Below are positions 1 through 14,028 of a stretch of 64,000 nt of DNA, one piece after another. The notes below the pieces were generated by a model, which did not search any database, was not told where the DNA came from, and saw nothing but the letters and a program-made list of their open reading frames with translations. The DNA comes from Chrysomallon squamiferum (Eukaryota > Animalia > Mollusca): NCBI GenBank assembly GCA_012295275.1, contig CM022673.1:20708001-20772000 (forward strand), read 5' to 3'. The stretch's first letter is position 1; every line of letters begins with the position of its first letter. The position numbers and the translations under genes were made by a program.

Positions 1-354
1 GTTAATTATTCACAAACTACAAAATATTAGTTTTAACGCGATACCAAACTGTTAATTCAAACTTTGTAACCTGTTTAAAACTGTTTCTTCGGTTTATCAA
101 CTTTATGGGATAAACTGGTTTAATCAGCTTCATGAAAGTAGAAAAATTACGAAGGATTATAAAAATCTCCCTCTTGTCAAAACTGATCAAAATTATCACA
201 GCTGCTTCTTAATACTCATGATATATACATAATAACAGTCTAAACATATTCTGCATTCTTCTAAGTTACGTTTTGTTTCTTATTTCATTAATTAATAACG
301 AAATCTAATAACAAAAGATTGATGTTTAAAATTAACTCCGTAGTGCCATACTCT

Positions 355-480
355 GGTAGTTATGACGTCATTGCCTGCAGGCACACACCGGTTTTCTCCA
401 CTTCCTTCTGACGTGATGAGAAGACGAAAATGGCCGATTTCAGTCAGCTGACGTTACGACTTCATAATGTTTCATGCGAT
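355..480. promoter_or_regulatory. Promoter-like motif cluster; associated gene not identified
   Basis: CRE TGACGTCA (363), further TGACGT at about 409 and 449, ETS-like CACTTCC and YY1-like AAAATGGCCG (427-436) in a CpG-richer patch. Confidence 0.4.
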
Positions 481-1010
481 AAGTAAAATGTTTTCTAACC
501 GACCTACTGACATATGTTATCACCACTAAGACCTCCGCTCAAGGAATAAAAGCGCATTTAAAGAAAGTATATTTGATAACCTCCCCCCAGTCAGTTCAGT
601 ACCGACCCTTGCTGAGAAGAGAATTCTAGAAAAGGTTTATTTCAGTTACTGATACGTATTGGACATTAGCCGTTTCCGTAACCGCAGCCTCTGTTATTTT
701 ATCTCTTATTGATTTTGAATTATTTCGGTTTACTGCATAGATATGATTTACTGAATATTAATAACACAAGGCGGTTATAGAATTATACACACCCACAGAC
801 AAATAAGGAAAATTACATTTATGTTAAATAAATTCATTGTAAGCTGAATAAAACATGTTTACTTATATATTATAATATGCTAACTTTTTTTGTTGATATC
901 TGTGCATAAAATATTATTTTAATTAATTATGATAACGACGATGATGATGTTGAACATCATCATCATCATTATTAGTAATTATTATTATATTATTATTATT
1001 ATTATTATTA

Positions 1011-1071
<61 letters not shown>

Positions 1072-1476
1072 AGTCATTGACATGTAGTGCAATCTTTTAT
1101 TGCTCTTAACATATAAACAAATTTAAATGTTTGAGCTGTGTTTGAAAATCTTTTTAAAACGCAGTTACACAGAAAACGTGACCCACATTTTAAAAAATTA
1201 ATTTTCACAAATATCTGTCACCATAGTGATAAATATTTCCTTGATGGAACCGGAACAAATTTTTTACGATAGACGGGCAATGTATATAATAGCATTGACA
1301 CCCATTAAACAGTAAATAACCAGGACTTCCTGGCATGCATTTGTCATCAAAGAAAAGGCAGAAACTTACAAGATAAAATTCTTGGTTAATTGCTGGTCTC
1401 AACGATTATGAATAAAAGCTATCGGCGAAAAAAACAAACAAGCAATATTGTCTTTGTTGGATATTTTTATTATCAC

Positions 1477-1543
<67 letters not shown>

Positions 1544-1545
1544 TA

Positions 1546-1587
<42 letters not shown>

Positions 1588-1950
1588 AAATGTGTATAGA
1601 TAGATAGGTGGATACTTATACATAAACACTCGTGTAGATTATATAAATTGAAAAATAAAATGAACAGAAAAAAAACCCAGTACAAATAAATAAACAGACT
1701 AAAATGTATTTACATCCAGATTTAATGAAATCAGCGAAAAATAAAGACAACAGTAGTCATCTGAGTTGATCTCAGAAAAGCCCACTCAGTTACTAAAACA
1801 AAAACTGTGTGGTAAACGGAAAAAGAATGAAATGTAATAAAAAAAAAAAAAAACAACATGACTGTTATACATTTGAAAGTAACTGAACAAAAAGTCAACT
1901 CTCATTTGATTAGTATAATTTAAAACTATTTACTTTTTACATGCAAACCC

Positions 1951-2063
1951 ACGCATATTGCAATAATGTAATATATTAAGACTTTAATAGTAAGTAATGT
2001 TTCTAAAATCCAATCCGTCGGAAAAGCCTCAAGGTAGGATACTACGTTGAACAGCCGCACACG

Positions 2064-2092
<29 letters not shown>
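1951..2092 (+). repeat. Left arm of a ~140-bp inverted repeat (partner 5330-5477)
   Basis: The reverse complement of acgcatattgcaataatg...ccgtcggaaaagcctcaaggtaggatactacgttgaacagccgcac(ac)n agaaag matches 5330-5477 with only scattered substitutions. Confidence 0.9.
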
Positions 2093-2094
<2 letters not shown>

Positions 2095-3063
2095 GAAATG
2101 TCAAATTACTAATATTTTGTTTTATCACTTACATTTTCGGCTCATTTGTTATTAGTTTCTTCTAACAAACCTTCTTAAGAAAAACGACGATATTTTAACA
2201 ACTGAATTACGTTCCTTATTATTTATTTATTTACTTTATAGAAATTTTTTTTTATTTGTTTTCTTTTTTAATGCTATTTTATATACATATACACATTAAC
2301 GTAATTAATCAAACGAAAATTCAAATATTTTTTTGAAAAATCACTAATTTTTAACTACAGTTATAATCAATATTTTAACAATTGAATTTTCTTATTATTT
2401 ATTTATTGATCTTTTATTTGTCATATGAATTTTAGAAAAGTGTTAAAAATGTTTGATACATAATCATAAATTAACAATACGTTAAACAACGACAACAACA
2501 ACAACAACAAAGAAAAAAATGAAACCAATATCAAAGAAACACAAATTATATATATATAAAAAAATGAATTAAAAGTATACGATTACTTTCCTTTGCAAAC
2601 TGCAAAATACACGCGGTTTCTAAATATAAAACATATTTTCAGAAGTTCGAAAATACCGGTTTTCAGCAGTTCTGTCGATTAACCACTCGAAATCACATTT
2701 AATTTTTTTTTTTCTCTGGATTTTGTCGAAATCTCGATAACAGGTGCTGCGATTATTATAGGTCTTTAAAATGTAACCTTTTTCGTTCCTAAAAAAAGAT
2801 TTATCAATATCGGTTTCTTTTTAGAAAGAAAGGAAATTCTTGTTAGAAATGATAAGAATGTTTCCAAAGATCAACACTTTACAAAGTGGTATTACTTTCT
2901 CAGTTAGCAATCGCCCGATATCTATTTTCGGGGTGATTGAATTTAATTATAGTTTCAGAAACTGAAGAGTTCGTCAGGGGAGACTATAAAAGGAATATAA
3001 GCGAACATCATGATACGTTTTCGACTTAAAACATTTTTATCGGAACGCTCAAAAACATACAGA

Positions 3064-3139
<76 letters not shown>

Positions 3140-4238
3140 GCTACTACTACTACTACTACTACTAATAATAATAAAGAAAAGAGAAAACCGAATGTATTTA
3201 AAAAAATTAATTTAAAGTGGGGCTATTGGGTGTTTTTTCCCCACTTTTCATAGATTAGTTTCAAATTAAATAAATACATTTTAAAATGCTATTGTTTCAC
3301 TTTAGCTCTTTTATTAAAGTGAGAAATCTGTCGCCATCGTTCGTTATTGTTAGCAATCTGGCCAAGTAAGTAAACAGTTTATCATGTCCGACTGTCTGTC
3401 TGTAAATACTAATAATACATCGAAATACCATCGTTCCAATGAAAGATTTAATCTTCTTAAGTGCAGATAAGAAAATATTCTTAAAAAAAAGAATAGAAAG
3501 AAAGAAATAAAAAAAAAAAAAAAAATAAAAAATAGGTTCTTTCCAGACTTCAAATGAAATTTCTGAATAAAAAGCACATCAATCTACACATTGTGCACAT
3601 TGGTGTATGAATTAACCCTAAAAGCGGACAAGAAAACTAAATTTCTATCAACAGACGAAAATCGACACTGTTCAGACGTCGATTAATCCAGCGCTGGCCA
3701 ATGGGATGTCGGCATTCCTGGCACCGCTTCAAATTAACGATGCAATTCTGAGCAAACAGCTCGACCCTGGAATCACATTTCACAATGGCGCATGACCCGA
3801 CTGCGGTGTCAGGTGAAAGAAAAGTTACGAGATGAAGAAACTTATTTCTTGTTAAACGTACAACGTTAGTGACACAACGCCCACTGCTCTTGGAATGAGT
3901 CTGATCGAAGAGTTAGTTTGAAAAAGTGAGTCATGGGAAGTAGAGGCCAATCATCAACCCCCGCAGATTAAATGTAAATAACAGTAAATCACGTGACTTC
4001 GAAGTCATTGTTAACATCTGATTTTTGTTTTTCATTATATTCTACGTTCGGTGATAAATAGAAAGAGTTTAAATATAATTTACAATCCAGTTAAATTATA
4101 TCTATCTGGATGCCACAATAATGTTGTTGGTGTTGTTGTTACGTCATCATGTGTAGTGTTGTAAAAACGCCCATGCAGCTATAGCTAGTAGTGGTACTGT
4201 TATTGTTAGTATAATACTATGTAATGACGTCACAACTC

Positions 4239-4481
4239 TAGGGCGGATCTAGAGGGGAGTGCAAGATGTCCGGACCGAGCCTCAAATTTGAGAAGTATCT
4301 CTTTTATTTAGGATTTTATTTATTTATTTATTTTTTTTTTCAATGTAAGAACACTTTAGAATATGTCTGTCAGTGTCCCTTTGTAGCATTATTATACTTG
4401 GGTCCAAGTGAACCGTTTGTGATTTTACAACAGTGCCTTTTCGTGGACCCTCCCTCATCAGAAATACAGGATCCGGTCCAG
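4239..4481. mobile_element. MITE with GGGCGGATC-type terminal inverted repeats and a 6-bp target-site duplication (CAACTC)
   Basis: Left end taGGGCGGATCTAG, right end caGGATCCGGTCCAG; CAACTC directly flanks both sides (4233-4238 and 4482-4487). Similar isolated ends at about 9707-9721 and 41735-41748. Confidence 0.65.
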
Positions 4482-4767
4482 CAACTCCAGCAGTTTTTAA
4501 ATGTTTTGAATTGTTTTATTTTTATGTTCATACTTTGTTATGAGCGATGATATGTTGCCCAAAAAAAAAAAAAACCCCAGTAAATTTGAAGTACGAAGAC
4601 TTTATTTTATGATTTCATATAAAACTGAAAAATTTAAATATTTTAAATGCTGTTAATAAATTAGTAAGCAAATTAAAAGAGGCATTGAAAAATTAATATA
4701 ATTCACAGCCAGGTACTAACACTAAGATCAGTATTACCACATACGTGTATGTACGTGCGTGTGTGCA

Positions 4768-4800
<33 letters not shown>

Positions 4801-4976
4801 CTAAAATTCAATAAACACTTTGAGAGACTCAAAAACAATACGAATGCAACCACTTATCAAATTGCCTACATCAGAACTACTATAAAAAAATCAAGAAAAA
4901 CACTCTGCGATAATCGATCGGTCGGATGAAATTTCATCATTGTTTTTACTGAAATCCTTTTTAACAATAAGAACAT

Positions 4977-5111
<135 letters not shown>

Positions 5112-5329
5112 TTTTCATAATTCACATTAAAAGTATTTTGATTAATCGATGATGACGCTGGTGATATTTTCATGGAAAACAAATATTATCAATGTTATCT
5201 GAAGAAACAGGGATAATTAATAAATGAATTAATTAATATAATGAATACTAAAAAAAAAAAGAAAGAAAATGTGATCTGATAAAACAAAATATTAGTGCAT
5301 ATAATGGAAATAACTGTTTCTTGAAGAGC

Positions 5330-5477
5330 CTTTCTGTGTGTGTGTGTGTGTGTGTGCGGGTGTGCGTGTGCGGCTGTTCAAAGTATTATCCTTCCTTGAA
5401 GCTTTTCCGACGGATTGGATTTTAGAAACATTACTTACTATTAAAGTCTTATTATATTACATTATTGCTATATGCGT
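5330..5477 (-). repeat. Right arm of the ~140-bp inverted repeat (partner 1951-2092)
   Basis: ctttct(gt)n...gcggctgttcaaagtattatccttccttgaagcttttccgacggattggattttagaaacattacttactattaaagtctt...tatgcgt. Confidence 0.9.
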
Positions 5478-6296
5478 ATTAAAATTTTTAGAATGAAATT
5501 TACTGTTTACAACAACAACAACAACAATACTACTACTACTACTAATAATAATAAATAAATAAATAAATAAATAAATAAAAAAAAATATTCAAGTCGCGAG
5601 TGATAAATATATCAAATCATTAGATTCTTTAACGACACTGTCTGCTTTTTCATATCTCCTAATGAGATAATTAAACACATCGTTTCACTTTGAATCCCTG
5701 TACATCTACAATCTGTTTGTCTGCCTGTCTGTCATTCTGGCTGTCTGCCCATCGATTCATCCATCCATCCATCCATCCATCCACTCATCTATCCTTTCAT
5801 TCATCCGTCCCTCGTCTATCCGTCTGTTAGTCTATCTGTCTCTGTGAGTGTGTATATCTGTTTTTAATTAGTGTGCTAACCGTATACATGACCACCCTTC
5901 AAAAATGTTCAATCTCATCATACAGCATGTAGTCGGCATGCAGTTTGAAACATTTATTCGTGACAGAAGAAAATCTATTTTCACGTCTCTAATAATTTCA
6001 CGAAATATGAACACATTCTGTGACTGATTTAACACCGCCATTACATTTTTGACATTTGACATTTGTCACCTTAAGTTCATTTTCGGATACGAAATTTGAC
6101 GAGCTAATTTTTATATATTTTTACTTTTTTTTATTTGACATTAGTCACTCGAAGCATTAAGATCACTCCGTGCTGTTATATTACTCAGAATGATGAAAGT
6201 TCAGTGAATAACTGTCACTGGTTCGCTTGCACACATCTTCTGTTTAGGTCTGGTAATGTTAACTCATCTATCAAAGATGGAGTAACGGATCAAACA

Positions 6297-6406
<110 letters not shown>

Positions 6407-6493
6407 CTATATATATATATGTATATATGTCAGTATGTATGTGTATGTGTGTATATGTGTGTTATTTTGTGTTTACATCTATCTATCTATCTG

Positions 6494-6530
<37 letters not shown>

Positions 6531-8442
6531 ATATATATTATGTGTCTATCTATAAAGAACAAGATAGATAGATAGATCTAAACACACATACACACACGCA
6601 AGAAATGTACACTCCTTTTCTTTATTGCAAACAAAAGAAAAAAAAAACTGGTTTGTGGCTTAGAACTGTGAAGTGTAAATCACATACTTAAGTTATCGCG
6701 TCACTGATTTTGAAAGACGTTTTAAAACAAAAACGTAGCAGAAAGACCGGTCAAGTGTTTGAGTCACGGAACGCAATTATGTCCCTTTTAAACGTTCACA
6801 GAAGTGAATATGTCGTTTTGACAAGCAGCAAAAATAAGAACCTGGATTAAAAACTGAGCAGAAATGTTCAGAGGGCAAGAAAAAGTAGAGAAAGAAAGAA
6901 AGAAAGAAAGTATGAAAAATGAATGGAAAAAAGAAAAAGTGAACAAAAGAATTAAAAACTGGGAACTGAAAAAGAAACAGAGATGAAAGGAAAGGAGAAA
7001 GAAAACATGAAGGAATATAAAACGATTATCAGAAAATAGAAAGAAATAAAAAACATAAAATAAAAAATGAAGGGAAAAAATTAAAGAAGGAAAGAATAAC
7101 AAAACGAAAGGAAATATGAAATAAAGAATCAAAACGATTGATAGAAAAAGGAAAAAAATTAAATAAAAAAGAAAGAAAATTAAATGATAAAACAAGAGAG
7201 AAATAATAAAATAAAGATAATAATTACAACATCATCTAAAAAATATAAGTCTTCATTTAATGTAGACGGGGATATGGATTATTCTTGATAATTACGCTTA
7301 TAATTTTTTCCCTGTTCTAAAAAAGGCTCTTAGCATTAATTTCTCATTGATGTTCCCGACGTAAAGTCTAACGAATTAAATGACAGTTAAATTAACAAAA
7401 AAAAAAAAAAAAAAAAATAAAAATAAAAAAAAAAAAACTATCGACTACAACATTACTAATAATACAACTTCAGATAACAGTATTAAGAACAATAATAAAT
7501 AAAATAAATAAAAATGATCAGTCAATCAATCAGTCACTGTTACCGATTATACCGCGTCCAGAATAGTTTAAACGATTCATCACAAGAAACATAAATTAAT
7601 TTAAGAAAGTATTATCGCCTGTTACGGTGTCTGTTGGCATTTCAAGGATTCAGAACCACAAGGGAATCTAACATGCACGATTTGACATCTGCTTAACGCA
7701 ACTTAATTTTCTTTTCGCCTCAACCTCCTTTGACAAGAACTTCGATAAATCTCAAATCAGTTTTCAACAGAAGTGAGTAAACAAGAAATTCCTCGAGGAA
7801 TACAAGGGAATGATGATGCTCGCTGATTTGATATGTATCTATATGTTGTAGCAAATTGGTTGGCATGTTTCAGCTTTCGGCAGTTTTGTAAACAGTTCGG
7901 ACAACATTTAAATCTGCTAATCACTTTTAGCAGGCGTTATTTATAACATGTACACAATTTTATAACATTATCTCATCATCAGCATTTATAATATGATTAT
8001 TTTAAAGTTAATTTTGATATGATTTAAATAAGGAGCAAGGATCACCGATGATTATCGATATCGATTCGCTAAAACGGTAAATTAAATTAATAAGCGCATT
8101 CGATCTTTTTATCCATGTAAATAAATATATATTCACCTATGTACACATAGACTATAATACATATCGACGCATACACTCCTATGCATATACACAGACACGT
8201 AAACGTAGATATGCACACACACATATACATATACGCATACAAATACACAAACACGCACACATACACGTAAACAAAAAAACCCATAGAAACATACACACAT
8301 ACACACAGATACATACATTCACACATAAATACATACAAATACACACATATACACACACAGATATATATATACACACACACGCAAACACATACATACACAT
8401 ATATAATTTACATACATACACATACATACATACATACATACA

Positions 8443-8476
<34 letters not shown>

Positions 8477-11400
8477 CATACATAAATACATATATACATA
8501 CATAAATACATACATTCATATATATACATAGATACATACATACACACATATATAGTCAAGATAAACAGCACACTACTAGCACAAATACTTTCGCGTCATA
8601 ACGAATATCGATTCTGATTTCAAGAATCAAATAAAATTATATTAAAAAAAAAATCGTTTTTCTTATCAACTAGCCTTCTTCAGCGTCAGCATGAAGTGAA
8701 CAAACTTTCATTAAAACCATCAAAGGATGACTTATTGAATTTTGCTTTGCTCTGTTTGTTCTGCATGTTTACTTTCAAAACAGAAGCAGTTAAAAATAAA
8801 GATTTTTTTTTTTCAAAAGATTATCCGTAACTGTGTGGAAAATTTCATTAAAACTAGTGGCGCTAGCTCAGCATCTAGACTGACAAGTTGTTACATGAGA
8901 CGAACATGCCTTCCATGTTTTTGTTCAACGATTAATTTTCGATTGTTGTTTTTTTAGACGTTTTTTTTTTTTTTTTTTTTTTTTTCTGTGTGTTTGTGAT
9001 TGGTATTCAGGTGAAATGTGAAACTTCTAATTATGACAAAACTGAGAATGTAAGAAATTAACAGAATTAAGTTTTCTGAAGGCCACATTTTTATTTCAGA
9101 TTCTTTCTGCTTTCTCTATTTATTATTACTAAGCATATGTTTATGTGTATATATTTCATGTGTGTATGTTTGTATGTTTCATATGCATATGTATGTAAGT
9201 ATGTATGCATGTATGTATATAATTTATGTATGCTTGTATGACGGTACGTACGTTTGTGTGTGTATATAGGTGTTTGAGTTTGTTAATCTGCTTACATATA
9301 TGTTATGTCTAAATATGTAATCATGTATGTATATCTGTGTTTGTATATGAATATGGGTGTATGTGTGCATGTGTATCGTGTGTTTGTGTGGCTGTGTTTC
9401 TGTCTGTGTGTTTGAAAAAGTGAGAAAAATAGGAGGAAAGAAAGAAGGAAGATCAAGTTTAACGATAAAAAAAACAAAAAAAAAAAACAAATAAACAAAT
9501 AAAAAAGAAACAAGAAAAAAGAATCAAAGAAGAAAATTGAGAATCTTTTATGTTTTTGTTTTCTGATGTTTCATGTTGCAGAGGTTAATAAAATTGTGTT
9601 ATAACTCATCTCAGGACGGAGGTTGGTGTCGTTGTAGGGGATCCGAGATGACACGTCTTTTAAAGAAAAATCACATCTCCAGTTTTTAGCAAACTCAAAT
9701 TTTTCACTGGACCCGCCACAGAATCAGACTTGTTTGTTTGGCGAACATAAGTAAATCAAAAACCCCAAATCCAACTCAAGACTTATTGAATCTCAAAGCT
9801 TTACTTTCTATTTTTTAATTTTTTTTTTAGCACAAAATTAACAGTTTATGTAAGCAAGTGGTTAACATAAAATTCAGCTGATAGTAAAACTGATACATGT
9901 ATTTACAAAAGTCTTCAGAAATAGATCAACAAATACAGGAAGTTTGATACAGAGTAATGGACATTTCTTTCTAGAATTTATATATTACATCCTTCATAAT
10001 AACAGTGATTTTAAAAAATATTATTATTGTTGTTGTTGTTGTTGTTGTTATTGTGTTAAAATGTTAAGAATTTACATCAGAAATTATAGATAAAGTATTT
10101 ACAAATATTCGAATTTGTGATTATTATTATGTTTTTACATTAAGGCTATAGAGATATTATTCCTTTTGCTGTCGCTTTGTGAATCGTTCTTTCTGTTTAC
10201 TTGTCTGATTTGTTCTTCTTTTTAATCTTATTATTATTATTATTGTTTCTTGCTTGTAGCAAAATACAGGACATACATAGTATTTTAATATGATTTATTT
10301 TTGTGTTGAATTTTTACATTTTTGCTGATAATAAGATACTGAACGGTACGAAATAAATGAATAATAACAGTAATAACAACAACAACAACTAACAATAATA
10401 ACAACAAGAAGAGTAACAATAACTATGATAATAATTAAGCTGTTGATTTTGTTTCTGATATACAAGAGTTATTTTTAAGCAACACTGAAAAAGATTTCAA
10501 AATTAGTAATCTAGAATGAACGTAAATCTGTTGGTTTCATATTTTTTTAATTTTGCTTTGTAAGAATACCCTCTCTTCTTTTTAAGAGAAATAAAAAAAT
10601 TAAAAAATTGAAAAATTTAATTTTACAATAGTTTCGTCCTTTCATTTGAAAATATAAAAAATGTTTTAGCAATATTTTACAAAAAATTGCTTGTTAACAC
10701 GAAACAAAAATCATTTAAACTGTTTGTTAAGAAAAAAACCACGCTAACAAAACATTCGTATGTACATTTTACAACACGTTCACAGTACAATTAAGCGTTT
10801 GCTTTTAGCGTAGCAAACAGGAAATAATTTAATGTTTTCAGCCTTACGTCAGTGTTACTTTGTCACAACAGTCGAGATTTTCTTAAGTATAATAGTAAAA
10901 CAAAATACATTCATGTTCCTTATATTTTTTATTTCTTTATGTTTATTTGTTTATTTATCATCATCATCATTTTTTTTTTTTTTATTCTTTTACATAACTA
11001 AAACAAGCAGCACAAATATTGTTTGTCTATTCAGAATCTAAAACTTTTGTGAAATAAAATTCTTATCTTTTCAAGCCTGTAATCGATTAGACAGAATAAT
11101 ATAAATTTAACAATATGTCATACTTGTTTACATTGAATTCTGTTCTACACGTCGAAGACAACATACATGGAAAGTGAGCCAAATATATTAAAATTATCTT
11201 TTATACTGGATATATATATAATTTTTTTCTCTCTCTTTTTTCATTAACATAATGTTTATTATGTTATTACAATTTGTAAATAAAAACTTCTTTGATATTA
11301 ATGAAAACAAAGGTTAATAATTCATAATATAAAATTACACTTGTATGTTTAAATCATGTTTACAGGTCTACAGTGTCATTTCAACAGTGTCAGAGTTAAC

Positions 11401-11799
11401 GAGACTATTTCATTTAAAGAAATTCTCATGTTTCCAATTACATTTATTGAGACGAAAGTAAGTTCTTTTTTATTTCTGTTTTATTTCTTTTATACTTTCT
11501 ACATAGTTCTTAGTTTAATGTAATATATATTTTTTTAATATTTTATAAACTTTATTTAATGTTTTATATTTTTTTACAATATATCTGTATAATGCGTGTG
11601 TGAGTGTGTGTGTGTGTGTGAATGTATGTGTGAGTGTGTGTGTGAGTGTGCGTGTGAGTGAGAGTGTGTGTGTGTGTGTGAGTGTGTGTGTGAGTGTGTG
11701 TGTATGAGTGTGTGTGTGAGTGTGAGATATTTAATTCTTTAAAAGCGAATAAAAAAGGACGTTACTGTCGCCACACGTCTGTGAATCGTAATCATTTTA

Positions 11800-11968
11800 G
11801 TTTCCTGCACAGAATTTACGAGCGATCTGGAGGAAAGGATTTTATGTTCTTATCGAAAACAAATCCTTAGTGACAAACATCTTCCCAGAACTGATGCTTT
11901 CTCACACACTGCCAGCTCGTGAAAAGAGTTCTGCCATAGAGTCCAGTACAATCGTAACATCCGATGTT
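11800..11968 (-). other. Probable terminal (3'UTR) exon of the peptide-precursor gene; left end not determined
   Basis: Acceptor attttcaacacattcag at 11969-11970 followed by non-repetitive, relatively GC-rich sequence; best acceptor candidate I found downstream of the 12526 donor. Confidence 0.45.
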
Positions 11969-12547
11969 CTGAATGTGTTGAAAATATGTAAATATATGTG
12001 TAAATTCGCTTGTATTTGTATGTGCCTGAGTATAGGAGTGCGTGTATGTGGGTTCACTTTGAGATTCAAAAAATATACATATCTTTTTTTTATATTTTTT
12101 ATTTACATTTTTTTATATTATTTTTATAATAACTTCTATTCTGATCGCAGTAGGCAGAATCTGAAAAGAAAATTGGAAACCAAATATATTGTTTATATTC
12201 ATATTTTTTTTATTCCAAAGTAAGTAACACTAGGTGAGCAAAATGGTAGCAAAAATGGCTTTACTTAAACTTGCTACTGTAATGTAATACTTTACTATTT
12301 TAGTACAACTGCAAGTTAAAATTATGCAATTCATTTTAGTTTATTTTAACGTGATTCTTTATTATTAGGAAAGGTTGGTTTATCAGTCGCTTATAAAAAT
12401 TTGTAAAATATGGAACAATTGTTTTTATTTTTTTTTTTTTTTTTTTTAGTTGTAATACTTTATGATCAGCAAATTTACATGCAAATAAAATTATGTAATT
12501 TAAATCTGTATTTAAGGGTTGATACCTTTTCTCTTTATGACGTCATA

Positions 12548-12634
12548 TTAATCGAAAAAATCCCACTCTCTACGTTTTGATATCGCCTTGTCTTCAAATG
12601 AGGCTGAATCTTTGTTGAGCCAGTTGAAAAAACT
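12548..12634 (-). CDS. Secreted peptide precursor, last coding exon: SFFNWLNKDSASFEDKAISKRREWDFFD* (exon continues to the donor at 12526)
   Basis: Acceptor tgtttgttttcag at 12635, phase 0, KRR site, TAA at 12550-12548, donor AAG|gtatca 22 nt after the stop. Confidence 0.65.
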   Translation of the reverse strand, partial: SFFNWLNKDSASFEDKAISKRREWDFFD

Positions 12635-13202
12635 CTGAAAACAAACATTAAGAAACTTTATCTCTAAACAATTACAATAGCAGCATAATCAACAGCAACG
12701 ACGACAATAACAACAACAACAACAACAACATACTAATAATACTAATAATAACACTACTTATAATATTGTTAATATTAGAATGTATGCTCGGTGGTCTATG
12801 ATGTAATTCTGAGATTGTATGTTGCAATGTAAACTGATGATATATGATATGATGTTTTATGTTGTAATGTGTTTTAATATGATGCAGTGAGTTTTTTTAA
12901 ACATAATGTGTTGTAATTTGATGTGATATATTCTAATTCATGTACAATATGTTTGTAACGTTTATCAACCAAATTTTTATATACATGTTAATTACGTAAT
13001 AAAGAAGAAGAAAATATAAATAATTTAAGGATATGAGGGTAGATTTGCTCACTCTGTCACCGTCAATAAATAAATTTACAACTTCAGTTTAAAACGTCTA
13101 AATATCTTTGTGCAAGATAAAGTAAATGAATTTAATCCGTGGACAGAAAGATGTCTAAAAGAGAAAGTCGGCTACAAATAAGTATTTATTTTAAAATGTT
13201 AC

Positions 13203-13226
13203 CTTTAACGAACTCCTTTTAGCATG
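13203..13226 (-). CDS. Secreted peptide precursor, 24-nt micro-exon (HAKRSSLK)
   Basis: ttgtttctgcag|CATGCTAAAAGGAGTTCGTTAAAG|gtaaca. Only frame 0 is open; carries a KR dibasic site. Confidence 0.7.
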
Positions 13227-13264
13227 CTGCAGAAACAATTAAAAATAAAAATAAAAATAAAATA

Positions 13265-13295
<31 letters not shown>

Positions 13296-13411
13296 TACAG
13301 AGGGAAACTGTTTTTATTAATAGTACTGTTTTGTTTATTATTTTAAAAAATGAAAAAGAAATACGTGAAGAAATGAGGAATAATTTTTATTATTTCGTGT
13401 TAATAAATTAA

Positions 13412-13458
<47 letters not shown>

Positions 13459-13801
13459 AAAAAATATATAATAGTAATAATAATAATAATAAACAAATTA
13501 ATAATAATAATAATAATAATAATAATTAAACAAATTAATAATAATAATAATAAATAAATTAAAATAATAATAAATAAATAAATAACAAAATAAGTCAATG
13601 AATAAATAAATAAAATAAAAGGGTTTCGGTATTATTTTTATTTTATTTTATTTTTTAAATAATACAAAAAAATGAAAAGAATAACACAATTATTCTGATT
13701 ATTTTGGACAAATCAAATATAAATGAAGGGATCGGTCAAGGATAATTCAAATTGTTAATTGTGTGTCTGTCTGTTTGTGGGTGTGTGTTTGTTCAGAGTG
13801 A

Positions 13802-13867
<66 letters not shown>

Positions 13868-14013
13868 GTGTGTGAAAACAGTATAAAGTGTTTTATAAAC
13901 TGAAACATATAAATAAAATAATAAATTAATAAATGAATTACTAACTGTAAACCACAACGATAATTAATATGTTATTGGCAAAATAAATTAATATTTTAAA
14001 TATTAATACTTAC

Positions 14014-14028
14014 TCCAGGAGGACAGTC
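14014..14028 (-). CDS. Secreted peptide precursor, 15-nt micro-exon (DCPPG)
   Basis: aatcattttcag|GACTGTCCTCCTGGA|gtaagt; a GC-rich island in very AT-rich flanks; phase 0-0. Confidence 0.75.

Noticed and set aside
9011-9620. Possible plus-strand exons (VKCETSNYDKTEN; RLIKLCYNSSQDG), perhaps linked to the ATG at 430
   Set aside because: No coherent, phase-compatible gene or recognisable protein could be built.
12600-12634. SFFNWLNK resembles the glucagon/GLP/GIP F-x-x-W-L motif, with an upstream HA
   Set aside because: The His-to-Phe spacing is about 9 residues rather than about 21, a KR site intervenes, and the GTFTSD segment is absent; probably a convergent amphipathic helix.
14014-14028. 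CPPG after a furin site suggesting a transmembrane (MACIT) collagen
   Set aside because: No Gly-X-Y exons follow, and the ORF ends 36 codons later.
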